Made by a program: the position numbers and the translations under genes. Under the pieces are notes generated by a model. That model had not been told where the DNA came from, did not search any database, and saw only the letters and a list, made by a program, of their open reading frames with translations. A stretch of 64,000 nt of DNA from an uncultured delta proteobacterium (GTDB taxonomy: Bacteria > Desulfobacterota > Binatia > UBA9968): contig CAVUVW010000013.1 in NCBI GenBank assembly GCA_963745035.1, positions 896,001 to 960,000 of the forward strand. The letters run 5' to 3'. Shown piece by piece: positions 1 to 9,546 of the stretch (position 1 is its first letter; each line of letters opens with the position of its first letter).

Positions 1-651
1 CTCCGGCACGGGGACGGTGCCAGGCGGAATGGCGCCGCTCAAGCCGTGCGGCACCGCGGGGAATAACTCCAGTGAATTTCCCGACAAGATCGAAAAATCG
101 CGCGGCATGACCGCGATGTAACTCAAGATTTGCGCCAGCGGATTGTAGCTCGCCTTCATGCCGCAGAGCGAAGGGACCTCTTCTTTGAGCTTTTTGACCG
201 CCGGTGGGCTGAATTTATACCCCGCATACTTCTCGTTGTCGTACAAAAACAAGGGGCTTTTGACCGCGGCCGCCAGGGTTTTGAAATGCGCTGTGATTTC
301 CCACGGCGTGTGGTCGGTATAGTAAAACGGTGGGACGGCGGCCACCGCATCCACTCCCAAGCCGTCGGCGTGTTTTGCCAATGCCACGGTCGTCTGCACA
401 TCGGCGGTGCCGACATGCATGATGACCGGAAGCCGCCGGCGCACCTGTTTTACCACAAACTCCGCGGTCGCGATCCGCTGCTCCGTGGTCATCACCGGTC
501 CCATGCCCGTGGAGCCCAGGACAAAAAGGCCGTGCACGCCGCGCTCGATCATGAATTCGGTCGTGTCCGACAACGCGTCGAAGTCGACTTCACCGTCGTC
601 GCTAAAAGGAGTAATCAAAGGTATGTAGATTCCGCGAAATCTCGTTTGCAT
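1..651 (-). CDS. Dihydrodipicolinate synthase (DHDPS/NAL) family lyase, runs off left edge
   Basis: Manual translation from ATG at 651: MQTRFRGIYIPLITPFSDDGEVDFDAL...GLFVLGSTG...VPPFYY...LFLYDN...GMKAS; not in the ORF track because it has no stop in the window. Confidence 0.9.
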   Translation of the reverse strand, partial: MQTRFRGIYIPLITPFSDDGEVDFDALSDTTEFMIERGVHGLFVLGSTGMGPVMTTEQRIATAEFVVKQVRRRLPVIMHVGTADVQTTVALAKHADGLGVDAVAAVPPFYYTDHTPWEITAHFKTLAAAVKSPLFLYDNEKYAGYKFSPPAVKKLKEEVPSLCGMKASYNPLAQILSYIAVMPRDFSILSGNSLELFPAVPHGLSGAIPPGTVPVPE

Positions 652-789
652 CGTATGCTCGATCCCCCAATGGTTTGTTGGTAGACCATCGTTTAGCTTT
701 TCTCTTGTATCTAGGTCAAGAGTCGGCGGCAAAAGCTAGCCAATTTGGTTCTTTGAAAGCTTGCGTTTTCGAAACTTCCTGAGACGCGG

Positions 790-885
790 CAGCGGGACTA
801 TCACACGCGGGATCAAGCAAGGAGTGAGATCTTCGAATGCATTGAGCTATTTTACAATCGCCGCAGAATTCATCAGACGTTGGCC
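790..885 (+). mobile_element. IS3-family transposase C-terminal remnant
   Basis: Frame from 781 reads QRDYHTRDQARSEIFECIELFYNRRRIHQTL, matching the IS3 OrfB 'IFEYIEVFYNRxRxHSxL' motif; the rest of the element is absent. Confidence 0.75.
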
Positions 886-1015
886 TCTCAGAGACGATCA
901 ACAAGGAGTTGTCCGGCCCGCCAGATGCGTCCGCCGCGGCGACACTCTGAAATATGCAGCGCCGTCGAGGACGTGACTCGTCAAAGCGGCCGGTCCTTAA
1001 ACCGCCAACGCGCGT

Positions 1016-2095
1016 TTAACGGCGAGCAGGCAACGGCCCTGAACCGCCAATGCTATTGAAAAATGAGATGATGTCATCGTCCCGGGGCATCTCGCGGATC
1101 GCCTTCTCCTGCTGCTCTGCGAAGAGCGGGTGCGCCTCCTCACCGGCGAGCTTTTTCCATTCGCTCAGAAATTGCGGGTCCTTGTACATGTCGTTGAACG
1201 CTTTTCTCAGGATCATGATCCGATCGCCGGATACTCCAGGGGGAAGAATGAAAGGAGAGCCGACCAATCGTAAGCTCCGCTGTACGTTGAGAACTTTTCG
1301 CTCCCAGTCTGATCGCGCGAAAGACTGGAACTCCGGCAGCTTCGCAAAGGCGGGATGCTGCACACGGTAACCCAGCGGTGTTTCAAAGACGGTTTGGAAG
1401 TTCACGAGCTTCTTGTCGATCCATTCGCCGTTTTGCTTGATGACGGCGTCGACCGCGTCGACGCTTGCGTCCACTTCCCCACGCATTAAGGCGAAGTCGA
1501 CTTCGCGTCCGGAAAAACCGACGACGAATTTCGGCTCAGGCAAATCCATCAGCCACGATGCGATTCTCGCGATCACGTAGAGGTCGTGGCCTACGGATTG
1601 CGCGCCGATCCGCAAGCCGCGATGGGATCGAAGTTTGCCAACGCCTTCGGCGGCGACCTCTCCCCTGGTCAAAAATACATTGTTGACGCTGCTGTTTCCG
1701 GAGCCGAGGTAAGACAGCTTGTCGATGTCGTACTGCACGCCGGACTCCTTCATGACCGCCGCCGATATGACACCCGAGCCGATGTTCGCGATCGTGAGGC
1801 CGTCCGGGCGCGTCACCCGATAGAGATGATTGACCGCCTTTTTGCCGCCGGCGCCCGGCATATACTCGTTCACGACAGCCGGATTTCCCGGAATGAACCG
1901 CGGCAGGTGAGCTAACACCGCGCGCACGCGCAGATCTCCCAGACCTCCCGCATCGCGTCCCTGGATCAATGTGATGGTCTTATTCTCGAAGAACGACGGA
2001 CTTTGCGCCGACCATGCATGGCTGGCCGGAAGCAGTAAGGCGATCAAGAGAACAGGTAATGACTTCGTTCTATGCCGTGACCATGGTGTGTTCAT
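1016..2095 (-). CDS. Tripartite tricarboxylate transporter (TctC/Bug-like) substrate-binding protein
   Basis: Signal peptide, PGNP..V.EYMPGAGG, PDGLTI, C-terminal GPLP. Confidence 0.85.
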   Translation of the reverse strand: MNTPWSRHRTKSLPVLLIALLLPASHAWSAQSPSFFENKTITLIQGRDAGGLGDLRVRAVLAHLPRFIPGNPAVVNEYMPGAGGKKAVNHLYRVTRPDGLTIANIGSGVISAAVMKESGVQYDIDKLSYLGSGNSSVNNVFLTRGEVAAEGVGKLRSHRGLRIGAQSVGHDLYVIARIASWLMDLPEPKFVVGFSGREVDFALMRGEVDASVDAVDAVIKQNGEWIDKKLVNFQTVFETPLGYRVQHPAFAKLPEFQSFARSDWERKVLNVQRSLRLVGSPFILPPGVSGDRIMILRKAFNDMYKDPQFLSEWKKLAGEEAHPLFAEQQEKAIREMPRDDDIISFFNSIGGSGPLPARR

Positions 2096-2362
2096 ACCGC
2101 GCTTCTCCTCGTTTTAAGATTATCGCCGCCTGAGCACGAGTATCGCTTGGAGCGTGCGAGACCTCGTCGAACAGCGGCGCGATCATACGCATGGAAAACC
2201 ATGCGGTCAAATACGAAGCCGCCGAGTCTCTCGGGCGGGTTTCGCACAACAGTCCGCCTGAGGTCGGGGCAGTCCGTTGCCGAATCGTTGACGGTATAGG
2301 TAAACTGTGAGAAAGCATGGTCACTGCAAAGTCCAACTCGATCGTAAATAAAAGGAAGCATT

Positions 2363-4009
2363 ATGAGCCAGGGCGCTACGGCAGCCGCGACCACGCTCGT
2401 CGTTCGAGGCGGCACCTTGATCGACGGCACGGGAAAGCCGCCAATGGAGAATTCCGCCATCGTCATCGAAGGCGCCCGATTCAAAGCGGTGGGGAAAGCC
2501 GGCGAGGTTTCTATTTCGCCTGGCAGCGAGATCATCGACGCGACCGGCAAGACCGTACTGCCGGGCTTCATCGATGGTCACGGGCATTGGGAAGATTGGT
2601 TCGGCGAGCTGTATCTCCATCTGGGCATTACGACTTGCGTCAACATCGAGCTTTACCAGGACGGGCCGTGGATCCTCGCCCAGCGCGACGCGACCAATTC
2701 GGGTAAGATTCGCGGACCGCGGCTCTGGGCCTCCGGCCAAGCGCTCGGCACCCGAGAGGCGGAAGCGGTGCGAGAGAGTGCGCGCGCCGCCCGCGGCGAG
2801 ATCAGCGTGGCGAGCGCGGCGGAGGCGAGCGCGGCGGTCCAGAAAAAAAAGCAAGACGGGTACGACATCATCAAGGTCAACGAATTCGTCCCGCTCAACT
2901 GGCTCGAGTTCGTCACGAAAGAGGCCGAGCATCTTGGCATGCCGGTCACCGGCCATAGCTGGGACGCCATCGGCTCCGCGCGCGCCGGCATCGGCGGCAT
3001 CGAGCACATCTGGTCGGTCGGTTACTCTTCCATCACCGACGATCAGAAGCGGCGCCAGATCGGCGCCGATCGGCTCCTGCGTAAGATCGATGCCGAACAG
3101 GTCGGCGCGTTTTACGAGCTGGAGAATTACGACAGAATCATCGGCGCCATGGTGGAACGCGGCGTCGCCTGGACGCCCACGGTCGCCAAATGGCTCTGGC
3201 CTCTGTCATCGAATGCCGAACGCTTCTGGGCAAGAGCCCAAGCCATCCTGGGCGATCCCGCGGCGCGATATTTTCCCGCGGCGTTTCCCTATACCGTGGC
3301 GCAAACGCGCAATCGGTTCGAAAAATACAATCCCGAGCAGCTTCGGTTGGCGCAAACCGCGCACGAGAAAAGCCTGGAGTTCATTCGCCGTTTCGTTCAC
3401 GCGGGCGGCATTCTCAAGGAAGGATCGGACCCGCCGCAGGGAATGGCCGGATTGCAGATGCACATCGGCATGGCGATGGACGTCGAAGCGGGCGTGCCGC
3501 CGATGACCGCGATCCAAGCGGCGACTCTCAATGCCGCGAAGACTTTCAAGAAGGAAAAAGATTTCGGCAGCGTGGAGACGGGAAAGGTGGCCGATCTCGC
3601 GATCATCGAAGGCGATCCGCTCAAGGACATCTGGATGACCCAAAACGTCAAGATGGTCGTGATGAACGGCAAGCTCATCGACATCGGCTTTCACAGCGAC
3701 TGGCGAAATCCCATCCCGGCCGCTCTCCCCGGACACTCCGTGCCGCGCGACATCGAGATCAGTCCGGTCGCCGTCATTCAAGGAACTCCGACTGTCTTGA
3801 GAGTCACAGGCAAAGGCATCCGTCCGTACCTCAAGGTCAAACTCAACGGCAACGACCTGGAAACCCGTTTCGTTAAAGGCGAGCTCGAAGCAATCATCCC
3901 GCCCCAAGCCATCGAGCACGTCGGTCTCTATTTCGTCACGGTGACCAGCCCAGGAACCGCCGGCCAACACTCCTACCCGGCGCATCTCATCGTCCGGTTC
4001 AGAGACTAA
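2363..4009 (+). CDS. Amidohydrolase with C-terminal Ig-like (IPT/TIG-type) extension
   Basis: LIDGTG, LPGFIDGHGH, IEH, GSD, GKVADL motifs; about 95 aa beta-rich tail. Confidence 0.85.
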   Translation: MSQGATAAATTLVVRGGTLIDGTGKPPMENSAIVIEGARFKAVGKAGEVSISPGSEIIDATGKTVLPGFIDGHGHWEDWFGELYLHLGITTCVNIELYQDGPWILAQRDATNSGKIRGPRLWASGQALGTREAEAVRESARAARGEISVASAAEASAAVQKKKQDGYDIIKVNEFVPLNWLEFVTKEAEHLGMPVTGHSWDAIGSARAGIGGIEHIWSVGYSSITDDQKRRQIGADRLLRKIDAEQVGAFYELENYDRIIGAMVERGVAWTPTVAKWLWPLSSNAERFWARAQAILGDPAARYFPAAFPYTVAQTRNRFEKYNPEQLRLAQTAHEKSLEFIRRFVHAGGILKEGSDPPQGMAGLQMHIGMAMDVEAGVPPMTAIQAATLNAAKTFKKEKDFGSVETGKVADLAIIEGDPLKDIWMTQNVKMVVMNGKLIDIGFHSDWRNPIPAALPGHSVPRDIEISPVAVIQGTPTVLRVTGKGIRPYLKVKLNGNDLETRFVKGELEAIIPPQAIEHVGLYFVTVTSPGTAGQHSYPAHLIVRFRD

Positions 4010-4405
4010 CGCTCGGAACCAGGCAACGGTTGAACCCATTACTGACGGCCGGTTGCGCATTTGCGCAATCGAGCAAAGATGGACTAAAGAGGCGGGATGG
4101 TTGACGGCAGGCAGGCGCGCTACCGTTTAAAGCATTCCCGCGAAAGTTGGGAGCTTCTCGATGCGTTTGCAAAATTTATCGATACGTCCGCTGCCTTCCA
4201 GCGATAGTTGCGGACTTGCGCAAATGTACCCTGAAGATGATCAAGACCCAAGAAACTGGACGTAAACGAAATGCCAGGCCTTCGTCGTTACGCGAGGCAA
4301 TTTCGATGGCAAAAATAGGCCCACTATCGCGGAGAGAGAAACCTCGGAATGCTAACGGCTTGGCGTGCTCCGACCCAAACTTACCTGCTGTAGACTGCCG
4401 TACGG

Positions 4406-5318
4406 CTAATCGGCGATCGACAAAGCTGTCCGGTGATAGGAGAGATCGACGTACTTCTCCACGGGGGGAATAGGATGCGCCAAATAACCGAGCTCGGCTC
4501 GTAACTGGAGAGCGGCGGTAACACCCGACATATTCAAGACGGCGTTTGCGTAAAGACCGTGCTTCGGATGGAGTAGGGCATCTAAAGTATGTGCGGCGGC
4601 GGCTCCGTCGATTTCATTATAGCGAGCGAGAATGTCGAGGCACGCTCGGCGATTCGGTCTCTCGAAACACCACTGCGTCGCTGCCGCATACGCTCGAATG
4701 TACCGGACGAGTCGGTCCGGATGCCGCTCCGCCCAACGCCGACTCGCGGCGCCGCACGTCCCTTGGTAAGACGGGACCATCTCGAAGTCTCTGGCAAGCA
4801 GATGACACCCCGCCCTCAGAGCATTCAAGACGAAAGGTTCAGTCAACAAGAGTCGCAGCGATTTTCCCTTCCATCAATGCGCGGTAGCGGCTTTCCCACC
4901 CGCCGATTTCGATCAGCTGATAATTGTCTCCAGCAAAACCTCTGGCGTGAAGCATCCTCTCCAGCACTAAGGCAAAGCCGCTCGTCCTGGCATCAACGCC
5001 GATGGATCTGCCGAACAGCGCGTCGATGGATGCGCAATCCGGAGCGCCTACTAGAGTAAAAAGCCCGCTATGCAGACCCATAAAAATGAAGAGATCGGAG
5101 CCGTCATCGTTTTCAACAGCGGCGATGATGTCATCCGCGCCGGTATGGCCGATATCATATTGGCCCTCTTTAAGAGCTTGGCTGATGTATAAGGAGCCTG
5201 GTGTGTAAGCTGTTTCGAGAGCGAGCCCGTGCCGGGCAAAAATCCCCGTCTCGATTCCCGCATGAACGGGCAGGTTGTAAGCGGCGCGAAACTGAATCAG
5301 CTTGAGTGTTTCTGTCAT
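4406..5318 (-). pseudogene. NMT1/THI5-like ABC substrate-binding protein, split by +1 frameshift near 4849
   Basis: ORFs 4839-5393 and 4406-4849 join as ...KIAATL|LTEPF after removing one base; likely start MTETLK at 5318. Confidence 0.75.
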
Positions 5319-5594
5319 ACAGATGCGTCTCGCAATGCTCCTATCACGCCGCGCGAGAAAGCGACAACTCTGAGTTGTTCGTTCGTTCCGCATGCCTTTG
5401 AGAGGGAATTTAGGCGAATTCTAAACGGACCCTCATTAAATTTTCAGGTGATAAGAATAACACGAAGATTTGGAGGTTCGCACCAAGCTGCCCGGTAATT
5501 TCATTGGAACCGCCACGAGAGCACCTAAGTTGACAGTTATCTTACTTTCGATTACTGCTCGCGTAGTTCAAGCAAAGAATTTGGAGGTGAGCTT

Positions 5595-5984
5595 ATGCCA
5601 GTGAAGGTTATGCGCATAGAGGACGCGCCGGTCAGAGTCATGCGATGGGATCGCGGAAAGGCGCTCCGGCTGGTGGATGAAGCCGACGGCGCAAAGAACG
5701 TCGATGTGCACATCAATCTGATTAACGTCGATTCGGGACCGGGGCCGACCCATTACCACGCCAAAGCCGAGAATATTTATGTCGTGTTGGAGGGAACTGT
5801 CGAGGCCATCGTCGAGGGAAAAAAAATTCGCCTGGGTCCGGGAGAAGTTGCGTTCATTCCGCCCGGAGTGCGGCACCAAGCCGGCAACTGCGGTGATAAG
5901 GTCGCGCGCGTCCTCGAGATTTACGCTCCCGCGGGCGAGGATTTTCACATTGTCGATGATTCAGAGAATAAGCCGCAAACCTAA
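5595..5984 (+). CDS. Cupin domain protein
   Basis: HYH...E.IYVVLEG...GEVAFIPPGVRH; GGAGG RBS. Confidence 0.9.
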   Translation: MPVKVMRIEDAPVRVMRWDRGKALRLVDEADGAKNVDVHINLINVDSGPGPTHYHAKAENIYVVLEGTVEAIVEGKKIRLGPGEVAFIPPGVRHQAGNCGDKVARVLEIYAPAGEDFHIVDDSENKPQT

Positions 5985-5991
5985 GAGCAGA

Positions 5992-6099
5992 ATTTCACCG
6001 CAAAGACGCAGCGTACAAATAGATTGTTGCGCTGGCCGATTTCTGTCATTTCGACTCCTTCGGCGACCGTTCAGGATAAACTCCGGGAGAATCTTTCTT
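5992..6099. repeat. Composite intergenic REP-like repeats
   Basis: ATTTCACCGC..AGACGC (5992-6009) matches the reverse complement of 10960-10990; GTCATTTCGAC...GGGAGAATCTTTCTT (6045-6099) matches the reverse complement of 40062-40092 with an internal insert. Confidence 0.6.
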
Positions 6100-6157
6100 C
6101 GCAAGCCGGATTTCAAAGATCCGATTCCCGTAAAACAGAAAGGATCATTCAAGACCG

Positions 6158-7123
6158 ATGGCGAAAATGCAGTTCGGCGTTTTGTTACCCCACTTTGGCA
6201 AAGAAGCCTCACCGTCTCGGATCATCGACGGCGCCAAAATGTGCGAGGAGCTGGGATTTCATTCCGTATGGGTGAGAGATCATTTGATTTGGCATCCGCA
6301 CGGCATGGAAAAGTCAGGCCTCAAATTCGTCGAACCCATCGTCACGCTTTCGGCGGTGGCGGCGGTGACGAAAAAAATCATTTTGGGCATCGCCGTGCTT
6401 GTTCCAGTGCGTTGGCCGCTCAAAGTCAGCCAGGATCTCGCGAGCCTTTCCTACATTGCGGGCGGCCGGGTGATCGCCGGGATGGGGTTGGGATTTAATC
6501 CCGCCGAGCTTGCGACCGTCGGCTTGCGGATCGAGGATCGCGTCGAAATCCTGCGCGAGACCGTCGAGATCGCGCGGCTGATATGGAAAGAGAATAATGC
6601 GTCCTACAAGGGCAAGATATTCTCGTTCGACAACGTGACCATCGAGCCCAAGCCCGTCGAACCGATCCCGATCTTTTGCGGCGGCAGTACTCGCGCCGCG
6701 ATAAGACGGGCCGCGGAATACTGCGACGGCTGGATTCCCGGTCGGGTTCCCATGGCGACTTTTGATGACAGGATACGGTACTTGCGGCAACTGACCGACA
6801 GGAAGATTACTTTGGGCAATATCCCGATCACGCGCATCGATAAGGACCGAAAAAAAGCTCGGGCAAGTATCGACGTTGCGGCGCTTGCGGAGAGCTCGGA
6901 GGGAAACAGCCACTGGATAAAGCCGCCTTCCGGAAAGTTTCAGACGATCGAAGATCTCGAAGGTCTGTTGATCGTAGGGAACCCCGATGACTGCGCTGCG
7001 GAGATCGAAAAGTTCCGCGCACGAGGCGTCGAACACTTGGTTTTCGATTTGAGACTACAATACGACCGCTACGAAGAGAGCTTGGAACTGATCGGTAAGG
7101 AACTACTTCCGCGGTTCGAGTAA
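6158..7123 (+). CDS. LLM-class flavin-dependent oxidoreductase
   Basis: EELGFHSVWVRDH, GGRVIAGMGLG, IEPKPV, CDGWIP. Confidence 0.9.
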   Translation: MAKMQFGVLLPHFGKEASPSRIIDGAKMCEELGFHSVWVRDHLIWHPHGMEKSGLKFVEPIVTLSAVAAVTKKIILGIAVLVPVRWPLKVSQDLASLSYIAGGRVIAGMGLGFNPAELATVGLRIEDRVEILRETVEIARLIWKENNASYKGKIFSFDNVTIEPKPVEPIPIFCGGSTRAAIRRAAEYCDGWIPGRVPMATFDDRIRYLRQLTDRKITLGNIPITRIDKDRKKARASIDVAALAESSEGNSHWIKPPSGKFQTIEDLEGLLIVGNPDDCAAEIEKFRARGVEHLVFDLRLQYDRYEESLELIGKELLPRFE

Positions 7124-7150
7124 ACGGTTTGAACCATTCACAGCCGGACG

Positions 7151-7184
7151 GCGGCCGCCGGAGTCAAACTTGGCGGCAACGTCG
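7151..7184 (+). repeat. 34-bp copy of NIPSNAP gene 3' region (14825-14858)
   Basis: GCGGCCGCCGGAGTCAAACTTGGCGGCAACGTCG vs GCGGCCGCCGGAATCAAACTTGGCGGTAACGTCG, 2 mismatches. Confidence 0.8.
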
Positions 7185-7228
7185 AGCGACAACTCGGTCC
7201 GTAACCGGCGAGACTAAAGAGGGCCTAA

Positions 7229-7663
7229 TTATTTTTTCTTGCCGGGTTCCGCTTGGTAACCTTGGTCTTTCCAATTGCTAACGGGACAAAATGTCGTGCT
7301 CGTAAATCCGAGGTCTTCGGCTAGCTTCGCAGCCTGCGAGCTTGATGCTCCGGTGCCTCACGTGAAAACGATGTAGGTCTGCGTCGAGATCTTTTTCAGA
7401 TAACCTTCGAGCTGCTCCAACGGAACGTTGATGGCGCCCGGGATGGTTTCTTTTTCGAAATTGGCCGGCGGCCGGACATCGATGATCATCACCGCGCCGG
7501 CATCGACTTGCTTCTTTAGCTCGTCGGCGGGCGTCTGTTTGGCGCCGACCGCCCACTTCGTTTTCGGATCTACTTCGTACTTGCGCTGCTGTTGGGCGAA
7601 GGACGAAGCGGCAACGAGTGAAACTACGGCGCCAATGGCCAGCCGCGCGATCAATGATTTCAT
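7229..7663 (-). CDS. Secreted rhodanese-like protein, probable selenoprotein (UGA at 7358-7360), 144 aa
   Basis: AAAGGAG RBS, signal peptide, IIDVRP..F...IPGAINVP, then YIVFT-TGA-GTGASSSQAAKLAEDLGF...NWKDQGY...KKK-TAA in frame. Confidence 0.85.
7323..7342 (-). promoter_or_regulatory. Candidate bacterial SECIS hairpin
   Basis: mRNA AGCU-CGCA-GGC-UGCG-A-AGCU starting 15 nt after the UGA; apical GCAGGCUGC resembles E. coli fdhF GCAGGUCUGC. Confidence 0.65.
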
Positions 7664-7775
7664 ATACGCTCCTTTCAAGGATTGGTTAGACGTGTCGCAG
7701 GCTAACCGGAAAAGCTTACCGACGTCAATCCCGGGCAAGCTGAGGCGGTTAAAAACGACCGCCCCGCATTCGCGC

Positions 7776-8765
7776 TTAAAGCCGGAGCTTGTATTTCCGT
7801 TCGATCTCCTCGACGTATCCGCTCTTGACCACCTTAGTCAGAATACGCTGATCCAGCAGTTCCTCGACATTGAACTTCATGATTTTGGGATCGCGCAGCG
7901 CGATGGCGTCCTGGGCGGTTTTCAAACCCTTGACGGTGACAAAGGTATAGGGCGTCAGATCCTCGAGCAAATATTTATAGCCGAGCTCGGCGAGTTGCCG
8001 GTCCACCTTGAGATGTTTTTGCAGAATGGCCTGGCCGCGCTCTTTCTGCGCGCGCATGATCGCGCTCGCCTCGATGAGCGCTTTGATGACGTTCTCCACG
8101 GTCTGCGGATTCTTCTGAATGAATGCCTCCGAGGACATGAACGGGCTCGAGGGCAGAGGGATCTTGCCCAAGTCGAACAAAACTTTGACCCCGAGCGCCT
8201 GCAGCCGCGCGGACTGCAATCGATCCAACGCCGCGCCGTCGATGATGCCGCTCGCCAAAGATTGGGCGATCACCGTGCTATCGCCGATAGCCTGAATATT
8301 GATATTGTCTTTTTGCGGGTCGAGACCCATCTCTCGCAGCGACAGCATGGTGAGGCTCCAGAGCAGACCGCTGAAGTCCTGCACGCCGATTTTCTTGCCG
8401 CGCAGATCACTGGGCTTGGTGATCGACGGCGCCACGAGAAAATCGTAGGACGCCCGCTCGGCGAACAGCGAGAGGATGATTTTGAGCTTGGCCCCTTGCG
8501 CAGCCGCCGTGAGCATACTGGAGGCGCTGCCCCGGACAAACTGCACCTCGTTGGAGACCAGAGCCGTGACTTGGAGAGGAGCGCTGCGCACGGTGACGAG
8601 GTCCGCTTCCAGTCCATGCTTGGCAAAAATGCCCTCCTCCTTGGCAAGCCAAACCGGCGTGCCAGACGCCGACACCCCGGAGTAAGCGATTCTAATCGGC
8701 TCAGCGCTGGCGGGCGCGACAAACAAAGCGAGAGCTAAAGGGATCCAGAATTTTGCAGCGACCAT
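7776..8765 (-). CDS. NMT1/THI5-like ABC substrate-binding protein
   Basis: Signal peptide, PVWLAKEEGIFAKHGL, DLRGKKIGV. Confidence 0.85.
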   Translation of the reverse strand: MVAAKFWIPLALALFVAPASAEPIRIAYSGVSASGTPVWLAKEEGIFAKHGLEADLVTVRSAPLQVTALVSNEVQFVRGSASSMLTAAAQGAKLKIILSLFAERASYDFLVAPSITKPSDLRGKKIGVQDFSGLLWSLTMLSLREMGLDPQKDNINIQAIGDSTVIAQSLASGIIDGAALDRLQSARLQALGVKVLFDLGKIPLPSSPFMSSEAFIQKNPQTVENVIKALIEASAIMRAQKERGQAILQKHLKVDRQLAELGYKYLLEDLTPYTFVTVKGLKTAQDAIALRDPKIMKFNVEELLDQRILTKVVKSGYVEEIERKYKLRL

Positions 8766-9019
8766 GGGGATTGCCCTCCTGCACACAGAGAAGAATGCAT
8801 GCTGCTGGATTTGCGCAATTCGCCTTACCAATCAACGTAGCCACTACTAACACAGCGCTCGTTGCCCCATCAATCAATAAAACCTTATCCCTTTCTCCCA
8901 GCCGCGCAGTGAGGATAGAAAGGCCATAATTGCTCGCGCTCTCTGCACGCAAACAAAAATCGCGGGGAAATGTTCGAGAAGCCCGACCCGGCAGCCGGTT
9001 GGAAATGTCCAGCGCAGCA

Positions 9020-9532
9020 CTAAAGGATGATACTCACGGCGCCGTGCTCGCTCAGCGCTTCCAGGTCGAGAACGGCTTTCCGGTGATGGATCTTCAGCTC
9101 TCCGTCTACCCGTTTCAGTCTGTGCTCGTACCACCCGATATAGGGACTCGATTCGGCCATGCGCAAACGATAGACGATAAACGAGGAAGTCACGACGATG
9201 GCGCCGTCCTCTACTTTGATTCGTATATTGGAAATGAAGTGCCGGGTGCGCGACGAAGGATATTCTCTGTGACCGTGGCGGCTCTTCAGCCTTTCCACGC
9301 GAGCGCGCAGCCGCACCATGTCGTCGTCGATAAACACCAGGTCTTTGCGGGGATCTCCGTCCGGGAGATCCGTGGTCGGGACCAGATATCTGCCGTCGGC
9401 GGTGAAAAGTGCCAACCACTCATCCAGCCGCCAGGCGTCCAGTAGAGCCGCCTCCTGATAAAGAAACTCCTCCACCGACTCGCGCAAAGTGGCTGCGCTG
9501 CCCTGGTTTCTCACAGCGTTTTCGTCCGGCAT
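9020..9532 (-). CDS. Aromatic-ring-hydroxylating dioxygenase beta subunit
   Basis: EFLYQEAALLDAWRLDEWL...P.SRTRHFISN. Confidence 0.92.
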   Translation of the reverse strand: MPDENAVRNQGSAATLRESVEEFLYQEAALLDAWRLDEWLALFTADGRYLVPTTDLPDGDPRKDLVFIDDDMVRLRARVERLKSRHGHREYPSSRTRHFISNIRIKVEDGAIVVTSSFIVYRLRMAESSPYIGWYEHRLKRVDGELKIHHRKAVLDLEALSEHGAVSIIL

Positions 9533-9546
9533 GACTGCTTTCGTTG

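Noticed and set aside
4839-4841. TGA between two SBP ORFs as a second selenocysteine
   Set aside because: The downstream half is in a different frame; a single-base insertion explains the split
7428-8738. 436-aa plus-strand ORF and similar long antisense ORFs (e.g. 9733-10875, 35818-37110, 38470-39705)
   Set aside because: Shadow ORFs opposite clearly recognisable genes in GC-rich DNA
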